A stretch of 63,224 nucleotides of DNA, the filler included, from Pelomyxa schiedti (Eukaryota > Protista > Evosea), in the NCBI GenBank assembly GCA_020536535.1. It is 12 parts of 12 records of this genome, joined end to end, with 100 filler letters (N's around TTAATTAATTAA, not from the genome) between each part and the next. Parts side by side here need not be neighbours in the genome. Positions count along the whole stretch, not along the records: positions 32,041 to 40,610 come from JAHLWZ010001314.1; positions 40,711 to 43,475 come from JAHLWZ010001896.1; positions 43,576 to 44,656 come from JAHLWZ010002869.1; positions 44,757 to 47,817 come from JAHLWZ010000430.1; positions 47,918 to 52,526 come from JAHLWZ010001577.1; 7 more parts are not named here. One strand, given 5' to 3'. Below are positions 37,141-49,804 of the stretch, in pieces. Below the pieces are notes generated by a model. That model was not told where the DNA came from. It saw only the letters and a program-made list of their open reading frames with translations, and did not search any database. Numbering within the stretch: position 1 is the first letter of the stretch; each line of letters begins with the position of its first letter. Both the position numbers and the translations under genes were made by a program.

Positions 37141-40100
37141 AACCAGATTTAAAAAGTGAGCAGGGTCCTCTGGCCCAGAATGGCTCCTCATAAAGATGAA
37201 GATTGTAATTATCATTGTACTTTTATTGTACATATGTATCTAGTGTGCCCTGCAATTGAAAGAAAGGTACAACTCTTCCCAGCTCACACAACTCATTGTA
37301 CTTAGCCATGAAAATGATTTAGCAGTTTCTTGTGTTGAATTTGGGTTTGTAGAATGCATGCCCCACCTTGGAATTGGTTCCTCTCTTTTCCCTCATCCTT
37401 GTTTCATAAGTGCTTACTTACTCATGAAATGGCATTCCCACATGTTAGTGTCTTCTCTATTGTCAGAGTCCAAGTTCCAACCACGAATTTAGATTGCCAA
37501 GCTGACCCAAAGTGCTGTAGAGACTGGAGTTCTGTGGAATTGGTTGTGCAGCAACCTGCTGAGTTCAACTTGCCAGCCTGCAGTTCTGCATCCTTCTCAG
37601 AATGCCTTTGTTTTCTCTGACTTGTTCTCACAGCAACCTAGGTCTTGACAGAGCAGTACATATCCATTTGCGTTTTAAGTTCTCATGCCAACATAGGCCC
37701 ATGCTGCCACTCAAGCACAAATTAATGGACTGGAAACATTGCATCTGTCTTCGACCTGGTGATGGATACCAAATGGGTATCCATTCACTCTCAACTCCAT
37801 GCACTCATCTTCTCTCTTTAGGAAACCTAATCCCACAAACACAGGAGAGGCATGTGGGATGACTTGGTCACTGGTATATGTCTTACTTCTTATTTTTCTC
37901 AGTTTTCACCTTGGATGCCAGGTGCTGGACTTGCTGCTGCTGAGCTGGCTGGCAGCTGAGGTAAACTCCCCTGTCCCTTCCAAGAAAGGTGCACTGCACC
38001 AGGCCTCACAAATCCACTCTCTTTCACAGTAATTGTCTCCCCAATATTCACCTCCAACCCCACTCAGTAAATAACAGGTACCATCACTGCCAGATTGAGT
38101 ACACCAGGTCAGACTTCCTCTCACTCACCTGCAAATTCCCATGCTCAGCTCCACACTCACATTCTTACTCTTGCTCACCTTCATTCCTGCTTTACTTCCC
38201 ACACCCTCTATCTCACATCCAATCCTGCTCTCCACCACTCACTGGGCTCGAACACCACTACGGTATTCTCACTATACTCACAATGTAAAGAGTGACACGG
38301 CAGTACAGGGAGCAAAACAGTGACACAGGAGCGACAAAGCAAGGTTGACAATATCAGTAGCACAGTTGTGAGCAAGCTGGTGACGCTGGCAGCAACACAG
38401 CAACATCGAGAGTGATACTGTGGTACAGCTAGGGATAAGGTGAGGCTGTGAGTGAGCAGACTCAGAAATCAGGTGCTCCCCACACCACCAGTACATCTCT
38501 GAAGTCATCACCAAGGTCTTGCCTTATGTATTGAATTGAAAACCTTTAAATGTCCATAGGTCCAAAGAGGGGGAGAGGATATAGGGAGAAGTAGCAAGAA
38601 AAACCCATGACCTATATTTGTTTCTTTTTTCCACATTGTATGACTCCAAAGCTTTACTATGTGTATGCATGTGTACATTGCTCATTTTGCCATGGCTTTC
38701 AGGCCACAAAGTATGATGATGATCACTCACCTGGTCTCACACCCCTGACAACACCCAAAAAAAAAGGCCAGGTTTAACTATGGAAAGGGAAGGAAAGGGA
38801 AGTGGCCTGTGGCGGGGGCTACCGAAACTGTATAAGTAAGTATATTGGCATACCTGGAATTACGACCACTATGGGCCAAGCTACAACTATTGCCAGGGAA
38901 CTGGAGAGGACTTATGAGGAGGAAAAGAGGAAGAGCACTGATGTTGATGAAATTACCCTGAAGTACAGAAACTGTCTGCATCTCATTATCACTGCACAAG
39001 TCAAGGGAAGCTCTCAAAGGCAAGAATTCAGCCATGATACTCTGATGCATATGTCACCAGAATTATGTGCAAAGCCTGGCAGAAGTAGTGATGATTCCTT
39101 TGCATTGGTATGCTGTCTCCTTCACTGAAAGCTGACTAATTAATAGCCAGGGACTCACTGACAGAAGATCTTGAAAGCAGGTGGTTTATGCCAGCCTGCA
39201 TGCCCATGGCTCATTGTCAAGACTGTGCTGGTTGAGGGAGAAATTACCCCAGGTTTGTATGAGATGAAATCCAGTATGTGGACCCAATTCCTTCAGATGT
39301 GCTGAAGAACTACTGGTGCTGATAGGATCAGGGTGCTCCTGCACCCCAAAAAGTGTTCCCTATACTTTACTCATAAAGCCTTGTGGTATGTCCAGGATTG
39401 TTGCAATCCCTATGTCCAACTTTGTCCAATAGAATCTTGCTAGATGTAATCCTTACATCAGAGATTCCCAGATATAAACGCTCTTTGTATGGCTTGCAAA
39501 TTTGTTCAGAATTATTGTAAACTGCCTTCTCATTGCGGCAACTAGCATGGCTATTCTCCTTCCAGCTTCAGTGAAGGCCATGCTTGGACTGCAGCATCCT
39601 GTTCTGAGTATGACTCCACTTGCAGTAAGATAATGATTCCTTACATTACACAGCTCACTGAGAGTGCTGGTGGAGCTGATTTGAGTGGTAAGTGTGAATT
39701 TATTTCTGTTACTGTTACTCATTTGGGTTTGAAGGAGTGGAAGAGCAGCTGTGATTTGGGAAATTGTAATTTCCTTTGGTTCAATTTGATTTGATTTGGT
39801 TCCTGTTCAAACACCATGGTGTTATAACTTGTGGATCCAGCCTGCTGTCCAGATGCCTCTGGTATTGTGATCTATTCTGACCTTGTACTGCATGCGGTAG
39901 CAATGTCACTTTTATTTCAATAAAAACCATACCACCTGCCACATGGAAGAACCTCTGGGATTGGTTGTTTTCTTTGATGAAATATGCTCCTTCTTTGCAC
40001 AAATGGCATCCATGGGAAATGGTTTTCCTGTGGCAGATGGCTCATCCACTCTATCTAGAATGGTAATATATGGCAGCAAGTTATACAGAATATATTGCAA

Positions 40101-40710
40101 TGCCGATTTAGCCTGAGAATGAAAACCTTTCTGGGGCAAATGCTGGTTTGCACCTTCCATTCAATGGAAGACAAGAGCTGGGTGCTGAGAGGCAACTGAA
40201 GTACTGTCAGTCACTACAAAGAGCTGCATGAACCACTTATTACACCCTTTCTTACACCCATACAGGCTTTGTGCGACCTCCAACACACTTTCAACCATAA
40301 CACAAAAGCAACAGCCACAACAACAAAGACAAGGAGAACCAATTACCAACCACACACAACCTATCACTCCAACCCCAAAGTTACCCTTTCCTCTGTCTGT
40401 GGCCCTGACTTTTTTGGTTACCTATGATAAGTTTCTGACCCAGAGAACTCAAGGAAGACAGAGAAGTCTATTAACCCCACCCAAACTACAAGATCCACCT
40501 TAAGACAGACAGCTCACCAGGCCATGCAAAAATGGGAAGTTCATCCAGTTGACTCAACATCCCCAACACACATCCAGAATGAAACCTGCTATACTATGCA
40601 CTCCACCATGNNNNNNNNNNNNNNNNNNNNNNNNNNNNNNNNNNNNNNNNNNNNTTAATTAATTAANNNNNNNNNNNNNNNNNNNNNNNNNNNNNNNNNN
40701 NNNNNNNNNN

Positions 40711-43475
40711 AGGGACTTGTGCTCGTCGGCGGCAGCGATGGAAATTCCTGGTGTTGCTGAGGACAGGGGCTAGTCACTATTCGATTTCGATGTTGACGGC
40801 CACAGCGAGGGTGCGTTGACATCAACAGGCCCACAAACTGGTCACGAACGGTCACACCCACACCGACGAACCCACCGTCGCTGTTGTTGTCACAGTACCA
40901 GTGCCACAATGAACGGTTGCTGCTGCTCATTATGGGTGTGCGTGCCCCCTGCCCCAACAACAACGCAACGACTGATTCTACACCAACCCAACCAAACGGA
41001 TTCTTCTTCACAGAAGAAGAGGTAAGAACAACGGCAAATTTGTTTGAGAAAAAATTTTCTTGTTTTATGGTTACTTGAACAGTCACAGAGACTGGCTGGC
41101 CGGTATACTGTATACAAACAACACGGTTAGTTTTTGGGCAGCAGGGGAAGTTGCCTTACTGTTAGCGGTGCTGTTCTCAAATGAATCTCTCATGTCTGTT
41201 GATGATCTCAATAAGCAGCCCGATGATGTGAAGTCGACGAGGAGGAAGTGAGACAGGGCCAGAGAGGCGTCGGCAGAGTCCCATCGCGGAGCTTTCCCCC
41301 GTGACAAGGCTCTGTCGACACGTCCCCTCACAAGGGTCTGTCACAAGATGAGGTCCCCCGGGCTTAAACGCGCCGTCCAGACGCGCCAACCGGAAGGCTC
41401 CAACCCATGGCAAGACTCCCACGGGGATTGGCCGCGCGGCTGTGCTCTTCAGAAGCCGAAAGAATGATGTTCGCCTGACTGATTGATGGAGAGGAGAGAG
41501 TGCACCGTCATAGTTTTTCTCACTGTGACAATGGTTAGTATTTTATTGGATTGTATTTTGGAGAGCACTTACAGGGGTTGTCACGGTCATGCAGAAAACT
41601 ACAGTATGCAGGAATATATATTCAGTCCCGCATGCAAGAAGAACATTATCCGTTCTCCGGCAAACCAGTGTGAGTGTGAAATTTCTGTGTCAACCAGTTA
41701 GAGAGCAGGGAAAAGGGAAAAGGGTGTCTCAAACCTGCCTCCAAGACAAAAACACCAACTTCCAAGAAGTATAGGAAGCGCAATGGAGTTGTCTGTTGAC
41801 GAGGATGGTAATATAATATAATGCGGCCACAACAGCAGCTGAATTGCAGTAGCCAACTCAATAAGCATCTGTGCATCAGCAGCCCGATGACGAGAAGTCG
41901 AAGAGAGGCCAGAGAGGCGTCGGCAGAGTCCCATCGCGGAGCTTTCCCCCGTGACAAGGCTCCGTCGACACGTCCCCTCGCAAGGGTCTGTCACAAGATG
42001 AGGTCCCCCGGGCTTAAACGCGCCGTCCAGACGCGCCAACCGGAAGGCTCCAACCCATGGCGAGACTCCCACGGGGATTGGCCGGTGCTTGTTGTTCTGC
42101 AACAAATGACGCACGCTCTGATGACGGTATTCGGTGGGAAGAATGAGGTAAGTTCAGTCACGGAAGGATTCCTGCTGAATATGATTCATCCAAGACTGTT
42201 TCTCGGTCTCCTCCCCTGTGCAAAGAATATTACTATCAGAGAATGAGTGGTGCTGACTTACAATTTGCGAAGGAGGCCTTGTCAATAACCACGACTGGCT
42301 TGTTAATAATGCTCACGTGATGACAGCGACTTTCAGACTTCGACTGGAAGAAGAAGATTTGGCACATACAGAAGCCACAGGGCCGGGTCCCTCCGCGTTA
42401 TGCATGGCCTCCCCGCCCGGGATTGCCACGATGATGATGATGTGTCGCCGGTTGCAAGAAGCACCCTCCCCCAGCAGCAGCAGCCACACAGACAATAAGT
42501 CTCTCCCCCCGCGCCGCGGCCAGCCCGCACCGCTCCGCACTCTGCACCACCACGCTGCACTGTATGGCAAGAACCGCAGTCAACTCGTCGTCGCGACATG
42601 GCGCAGCAAGATCTCGAGATCTGTGTGTCGGTGAGGGAGGGGAAGATAAATAAAAAAAAAGCGAAAAAACAACATCCACTACGACATGAAAATAACAATA
42701 AACGTTGTTCAATAAATACCTGTGTGTCGTCTTCCGCCTTGCCTTCGTGTTTGTTTTTTTTGTTTTGTTTAAAAAAAAATGAAAATGTCTTGACGAAGGC
42801 AAAAAACGCGCGCTAAGATTGAGTAATTCGAATTCGCCATTATGGGTTCACTCTGGGTGCGGGAATTTCTCAGTGATTTCTTCCTTCTGGTGAGAGCTAC
42901 AAGTGGCTGCTTTCTGTTGCCAGATTTCAGACCCTGTTGGGGCTCTGTGATTCTCAGACCAACAGTTCTGAGAACGGACAAGTTATCCGGATACCTGGTG
43001 GGCCCCACAACGCCTCTTACAACAAAGAAACACCCCATAATTTGTTTCCGCCGCAACCGTTGCCGCGCCTCGTCCGTGTCGGTCATGCTGTTGATGTCGC
43101 ACCACCACCCCCGCTGCTGTCGTGGCGGTGGGTGTCGTGGCGGCGCTGGTTCCACCAACTCATCCTCCTCCTCGTCCTCGTCATCGTCATCATCATCGTG
43201 CACGACAAGTCCATCGTCATTGGCAATCAGGCTCGTGTGGGATTATTGCCACGAGACGCAGAGGTTCTTCTTCGTTCCTCTGCAGCGGTGGGCTACTTGT
43301 TGGCGGGAAACAAAGTCATGGCTGGTGATTGTCAAAGTGAGAAGTTGAGCCCCGGTGATGAGATAGCCAGTTCGAAGTGTGAGGTGGCAATGCCGAAGTC
43401 ACTGGTCGCTCTCGCAGGAATTCACCTTGTTGAACACTCTGATCAGCTTCCAGGTACCGGGTCCCGCGGGTGAGT
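40711..43475 (-). repeat. Contig that is a diverged reverse-complement copy (allele or paralog) of 9199-12919
   Basis: Collinear near-identity. ORFs 41821-42246 and 11382-11807 translate identically. Indels include loss of ~9386-10108 and ~11084-11228. Confidence 0.92.
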
Positions 43476-43593
43476 NNNNNNNNNNNNNNNNNNNNNNNNN
43501 NNNNNNNNNNNNNNNNNNNTTAATTAATTAANNNNNNNNNNNNNNNNNNNNNNNNNNNNNNNNNNNNNNNNNNNNTTTGTTTAAAATTTTAAA

Positions 43594-44656
43594 ATGTCAG
43601 ATCTACATAAACACAACGATCTCAGTAGAGAAATCTGGAAATTGTAAGGATATATTTACCGTTATCATTCATAATTCCCGGTAAACTACCACGACCACCA
43701 CCACCACCACCAGCTCGGCGGCGGCGGCATCATCTGCTGCCGTGGCTGTGCCCTCCCTCTGTCTTAATGCAACAGCCTCCGCAACAAAGCAGTTCGACTG
43801 ACGGATCAGGGTTCATCTCCCTCAGACGCTATGAGGGACCCGCTGTGCATGTGCCGCCACGAGGTTGGTCTGCGCCCGTGCTCCCAAGAATCATCAGAAG
43901 GATCACTTTCGAGGACCTCGAGGTAGACTACCAGCATGGGATATCTGAGGGCACCTATGGCGCGGGGTACCCTGGTGTGTTGTTGTTTGTGATCAATTCC
44001 TCTAATTCTTAATCTCTAACCCCGAACATTCAGGAATTTACATGCATGAGAAGGTTGCAGTTAAACTGACCAAAGAGTTCTGGAAGGATGATAGGTATCA
44101 AACGTTCCTCAGAGAGGCAGAAGTTGAAGACTGATGTTCTTTCTTCCAAACAAAAAAAGGGCCAGCTCAGGAGGGCTGAATGTGCCCACATTTTATGGTG
44201 TTCACCTGGATGAGCATAGGTGCCTCACGGTCATTGCTAGGCTAGAGTGCGACTTGCACACTTTACTCTACGAAAAGAATCAACTTCCTGTGTGCCTGTC
44301 GCCGTTCCTTTGGCCGTTCACTTTGGCAAATCTAGTATGGCTGATGTACGGCGCGGTATGTGTCTCCAGTGCTTTGTTTGAGAACAAGTCATTGACTAAC
44401 ACCTTAATATATTATTTATTTTATCACAGGCAAAAGGTCTTATGTGGCTGCACTCTGTGGGATTTTTGCACAAGTATGTCAGTCATTTCCTTCCTTCTCG
44501 TGTTGTGTTCCTCAGGATTTTTTGCTAAAACAACAAAAAAAAAACCCAGTGATATCAAACTTGCCAATTTTCTCATAGACCAGTACTTCAATTGCGTGGT
44601 GAGTCACTCCCCTCCCTGTGCCTGTCTGTGGGTGGCCATTAACCCTCATCCGTCCG
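43594..44656 (+). CDS. Protein kinase (TKL-like), 3'-partial, spliced
   Basis: RITFEDLEVD..ISEGTYGAGY, KVAVKL, FLREAEV, AKGLMWLHSVGFLH and DIKLANFLID across short introns. Confidence 0.8.
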
Positions 44657-44756
44657 NNNNNNNNNNNNNNNNNNNNNNNNNNNNNNNNNNNNNNNNNNNN
44701 TTAATTAATTAANNNNNNNNNNNNNNNNNNNNNNNNNNNNNNNNNNNNNNNNNNNN

Positions 44757-44890
44757 AGCAGGATTGAGGTCATTGAGCCAATATCAGGTTTCACAGTCCT
44801 CACCATCAATTTCCCTGGCATCACATTGGCCCACATCACAACACCCTTCTCTTTCTTCTTGCCTCCTGAACTCTCCTATTCATAGAAGAA
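44757..44890 (+). CDS. C-terminal fragment of an orphan family gene
   Basis: IEVIEPISGFTVLTINFPGITLAHITTPFSF resembles the end of 49805-51163 (INVIEPTSGFLCLALSITG...TSTPFS). Confidence 0.55.
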
Positions 44891-45402
44891 CCAACCAAAT
44901 TTCAAAATAATCAACAGACACGTTGTACTTCTGTGCATACTTTGGTGCCGATGAAAAGGTCGTCGTTCTTGGCCCAACAGCAACCTTTGCACAACACACG
45001 CACATCGCTCACTGCCCCGTGTGACCACACACCAACAAGAACCACATCAATTTTTTTTGAAATCAAAAATCAAATCAATTATTCATGGATGGGTCTTGTT
45101 CTCGGTCTGGTGTTGGTTCCCACTGTTGCCAGTACTGCACCAGTACGGTTCTGTGCCTCATAAGGGAGACATAGTTCCGTTGTTGCGGTGTTTGGTTGTA
45201 TTGTATGGAGAACCAGCACTGATCTGTCTGTTGATCTCTCCAGCTGTTGTTTTTAGTGCGGTTCTGTACCCCTAACAAAGGGGTACATAGGACCGTTGTT
45301 GTTGTGGGATGGAGAACCAGACTTAGGAATTTTCCCACAATACACAAGCAACTGGCAAATTTCAGAGGTACCTCGTCGATTGAGCTCTATCAAAGAAACC
45401 CA

Positions 45403-45580
45403 ATGGCGACGTGGAACGTGACACACGACTCGTGTTGCGACGCGACGCCAATCGGCGCCACCACGACGCGAGGCCAACTTGGAGTGCTCGCGGCGGGTGC
45501 GACGATCGCGCGTTGCGGCGGAGAAAGCGCGATGCAGCGAGTTATGGGACGCGGCCACGCCACCTCTTTCGTGCAACTAA
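45403..45580 (+). pseudogene. 5' fragment of an orphan family gene, truncated
   Basis: TTTRGQLGVLAAGATIARCGGES..VMGRGHA matches the N-terminus of 49805-51163. Similarity stops abruptly near 45575. Confidence 0.65.
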
Positions 45581-46584
45581 GGCAATGCCACCACAAGCAG
45601 GCTTTTGCCTGGTAGTCAGGCTTCTCAAAATGGGGAAGAACAGGGAAAAAAACAAAAGAAACCACCATTTTTTGAAAAGAGACAGTTTTTTCTGAGCAAT
45701 AAGCCAGCCACTTTCAAGAGATTAGGGGGTTGTTTTAGGAATTGTGTGGAGAAACCGAAAAAGCACCCTCAGGAGGAAAGGCAGTCTTACCAGACATTTT
45801 CTTTGTAGTGTGGCACAGGGATGGGCAATCTCATTGCAAGGAACTGTTTCAAGGTGTTTCTTTGTGTCCTTCTTCTTAGCAAAGGACATAGCTAAAAAGC
45901 AGTTACCTCTCCAAACAGGAAGAGAAGAGAATGTTTTTACCTGGGTGCAACATAGAAAAAATGAGGAGGGTTTGTGGAAGTGTAGATTGTTTCATGTGTC
46001 ACCAGGAGAAGTTAAGGAGTGGGAGGGAAGGTGACACACTTGGGATACCAAGCAAGTAGGTTCTGCCACACCGCCATCTAACAGCACCACAATTTCCTGT
46101 TTGCTGAGGGCCCTCAGATCCTCATGTGATTGTAAATAATTTGTAATTTATGGAGGTTACTCAAAAAAACAGATGCCTTGCATCACCAAGGAATAAATCC
46201 AGTTGTGCTCCAAAAGTTGTTCTCATCCCACTGTGCAGCCAAAAATCACTCAGTTAAACCGAAATCACTTGCATACCAAGGAACTAGCAGGATTGGAACG
46301 AACCAGGAAAAACAGCANNNNNNNNNNNNNNNNNNNNNNNNNNNNNNNNNNNNNNNNNNNNNNNNNNNNNNNNNNNNNNNNNNNNNNNNNNNNNNNNNNN
46401 NNNNNNNNNNNNNNNNNATCCAGTTGTGCTCCAAAAGTTGTTCTCATCCCACTGTGCAGCCAAAAATCACTCAGTTAAACCGAAATCACTTGCATACCAA
46501 GGAACTAGCAGGATTGGAACGAACCAGGAAAAACAGCAGGGCGATCAATCAAGTGCTTTGATGATGTCAGATAGAGATATCTCT

Positions 46585-47817
46585 TTACATTGAGATGTGG
46601 GATAACATAGGGAATCCCACTGGGAATACCAAGGGGAAAGAGGTCCGTATTACAACAGATTCATGTGCGGCATCTCCACCTGTAGGAACACCTACTGAGA
46701 TCTTGAACCCAAAGCAATCCTCAATGTGTTGCCACTTCACATTGCGCAAGCAGGGAGAGAAATAATCCTGCCAATCCCAGACCACATCCAACACAAAAAG
46801 AGAGTGGCTTTTGCTGGTAGGCACATCTGCACAACTCAAGAAAAGCAGGAATGGTAAGTGCATGCAGGGGATATTGCTGAATAATTGGTCCTGCAGACCC
46901 TGTCCATGTCCAGGAAGAAGCAATGCCAATCTCAATGGATCTTACCCACTGCTTAGCCACCAGCATTCCACAGTATAAGAATGAGGTATGAATTTATTTA
47001 CAGCGGCGTTGTCAAAGGTCAGGTACAGTTTCTTGTAACAAAAGCGGTTCTTGGCTCTGCCTGGCAAGGGGGATGGGTAAAAACTGGTAAGATTCTGATA
47101 GAGAATTGAAAGAACTATGTTAGAATATGTCCGGGTATAAGTAAATAGCCCCGTCTTGGTTCCCCAAATCTTGGATGCACATGAAGCATACTTTGCACAA
47201 CCCTGAGAGACAAGATATTGCTTAGCATCCATGCACACAGCACCCAATTCACCTGGAAAGTTTCTTGCCTTGGCATATTTATGGTCTTGGTACTGGCACT
47301 CACTGAGGTGAAGCTTGGTGTGTGCATCAATGGTCCCAATAAGACTAGAAGTTAGAGCCGGATCACCACCACACAGTGCATCAGCCTTTGAGTGTTGTAA
47401 CTTGTCACAAATGGTGCTACGAGTCTGGGTTGTAATGCACTCATGCAATATGAAGGGAAACTTTTTCTCTGTAGAAGGGCCACATGCTTGGGATCTGCCA
47501 GATCTTGGTTGGTGTTGTTTTACATATGCTTAATAATAACTTTCTCAGCTCCAACATTGTCTGCCATCTATCATTCTTGTATATAAATCAGACAGAGTCT
47601 CAGAGGCAAGTAAGATAAGCCTTTGGTTACCATCCCGATCCACAGCCCTTTCCCCAACCATGGGAAAGAACAATGGTTCACATAGAGGAGACTCAATAAA
47701 TAACACAGGAAGTTATCCACTCTATAGCACTCCTCTGCTTTGCAGATTCTCTGGAACATCGGAGATCAAGAGCCCCTCTATTCCCAAAGTTACCAAATTT
47801 GTACAAACACTGTCCTC
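46585..47817 (-). mobile_element. Degenerate Sola-like (DUF7869-type) DDD transposase
   Basis: HLSECQYQ...AVCMDAK, KLYLTFDNAAVNK, LLPGHGQGLQDQLFS and VWDWQDYF match the LYLQLDN..NKN / GHTH..IDQ.FS / DW pattern. Internal stop present. CpG-poor. Confidence 0.7.
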
Positions 47818-48108
47818 NNNNNNNNNNNNNNNNNNNNNNNNNNNNNNNNNNNNNNNNNNNNTTAATTAATTAANNNNNNNNNNNNNNNNNNNNNNNNNNN
47901 NNNNNNNNNNNNNNNNNGCGCTGCCGCCGCGGCGCCGCGCCAACCGCCCCGCGGCACAAAACATCAACAATTCCCGGCAAAATCGGGCCGCTTCACCCTG
48001 CCTTGCTCACTAAAAAATTCTGTTTTTCTCACTTGACTCGCCCCCCGGTGTAAAATTTAAGAAGAGTCACGGTGCCTGAAAAAAAATAGTGTTATCCCTG
48101 GTCCAGAC

Positions 48109-49728
48109 ATGCACAGAAGTCTCGTGACAGAGCAAACAGTCCTACGGATTGGGGACCAGCAAGTACACCTCACGCGAGTGTTCGACAGGGAGGTCCTTTA
48201 CCTACCGGCGTCCTCTCACATCCTGCGACGCCTACAAACCCTCGGTGTAGTCCCGCCACCCTCATCATCAAGAACAGTCCCTGCTGCAGATACGACGACG
48301 TCGTCCTCCCATGTGATCGATCCACCACAGCAACAGCAGCAGCAACACAGCATACCCACAACCACCAACAGCAATAACAGTAACAACAAACCAACAAGGA
48401 CCAACAGCCGACATAAACATAAACAGAAACAGGCACCCCAGCTTCGCATCGATCCCAGGACCACAACAACAGCCAAGGCACAGGCCCTGGCCCTGCTCTG
48501 CGCCCCCGTCGTTGCGAACAGAAGGAGACCCAACCCCCCTTCCCCTTCCCCTTCCTCCTCGTCCTCCTTGTCACGTGCCTCTCCTCATCTCTGCGGCTCA
48601 TCGACGATGGTGTCGCCGGCCCTTGTTGAGTGGGCACAGTCCACTGCGTTGGCTAGGCAGTGGGCCAAAGACTGGGTGCTGAGGCCAACCACCCAGGTTG
48701 TGTTCGCTCTGCCGATAAGTGAGCCATTCTGGATGGTTCCAGACGGCCACCGCAGCTTCGTGTGCGTGAGCGTGTCACCAACACTGGGCCTGGTGTCATC
48801 GCACTGGTTCAAGTTGCTAAGTAATGAGCAGGTGAGTGGGTGTGTTGGTGATGGCAGGGTTCTGGTGGATTTGAGTCCTCATGATTGTGGTGAGATCAGA
48901 AGATTCTCGATTATGGACGTGGTACCCAGGGGGGTAGGAGTACACTCCCGTGATACGGCTGTTGGTGATAATGGAGGCCCCATTGGCATGCGTTATCAGG
49001 TGTATACAGAACAGCTACTGGAGGCTTCAAGCAGTTTGAAGTGCAACAGGAGGTGGATTGTGGGAGTTTGGAGGTGCAAGAAAATCTGTGTTTGGAAAGT
49101 GCACAGCAGTGACGGTGATTGTGGTGGAGTGAAGGTGTCTGAGGAGCGTCAATTCAAGGTGGTGGATGTAGCCGAGGCTCTCTTCTCACCACTGTGTGAC
49201 GACGTTTTGGTCACATTCAACGAGGTGGCAGAAGTGATGGAATTCATCGACTTGGAAGCAAGCTTCAGTGGGAAGAATCTGGTTGTCAAATCGAGGCAGC
49301 AGTGCAAACTTGGCCAACTGCTGAAAGGAATCTTGTGGATGCCAGATGGTTCCACGTGCACCTTGGGAGGTTGGTCGAGGGCAGAGAATATACTCATTGA
49401 CACCACCACTCGCAAAGAAGTAAATTTCTTCCCTTATGAGATGGATGTTACTCCTGTTGGCTCACATCATGTACTTGCAGTCACCCTCATGCCCTGCACT
49501 GAATTCCAGGTGTATTCCACCAGTAACCTCACAACACCATCACTTCGCGTTCCATGCACATGGGCATCTGCAAGTGATCCAACAGGCCTCATTGCCTCCA
49601 CAAGGCATCAAAGCGAGGGTGCTAAAGCCACTGAGATCAAGTTTGCACTGCATGATGGTGCCACTGGTTTCCACATTGGAGACTTCACAATTCCAGTACC
49701 AAAAACCTTTCATTTTTTGGGATGCTAA
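48109..49728 (+). CDS. Orphan family protein (TAKAQALALLCAP motif), 539 aa
   Basis: Long intronless ORF with WAKDWVLRP, VSVSPTLGLV and CNRRWIVG motifs. Confidence 0.85.
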   Translation: MHRSLVTEQTVLRIGDQQVHLTRVFDREVLYLPASSHILRRLQTLGVVPPPSSSRTVPAADTTTSSSHVIDPPQQQQQQHSIPTTTNSNNSNNKPTRTNSRHKHKQKQAPQLRIDPRTTTTAKAQALALLCAPVVANRRRPNPPSPSPSSSSSLSRASPHLCGSSTMVSPALVEWAQSTALARQWAKDWVLRPTTQVVFALPISEPFWMVPDGHRSFVCVSVSPTLGLVSSHWFKLLSNEQVSGCVGDGRVLVDLSPHDCGEIRRFSIMDVVPRGVGVHSRDTAVGDNGGPIGMRYQVYTEQLLEASSSLKCNRRWIVGVWRCKKICVWKVHSSDGDCGGVKVSEERQFKVVDVAEALFSPLCDDVLVTFNEVAEVMEFIDLEASFSGKNLVVKSRQQCKLGQLLKGILWMPDGSTCTLGGWSRAENILIDTTTRKEVNFFPYEMDVTPVGSHHVLAVTLMPCTEFQVYSTSNLTTPSLRVPCTWASASDPTGLIASTRHQSEGAKATEIKFALHDGATGFHIGDFTIPVPKTFHFLGC

Positions 49729-49804
49729 AAAAGTTGCCTGTTTGCCTGGGGACTCCAATTTTTTGCCGGGATTACCATCAGTGGAGAATTTATCAATTAA
49801 AGTA

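Noticed and set aside
46197-46538. ~121-bp direct repeat flanking the 100-N gap
   Set aside because: Identical sequence on both sides of a scaffold gap is a typical unresolved contig overlap, not a tandem repeat or LTR.
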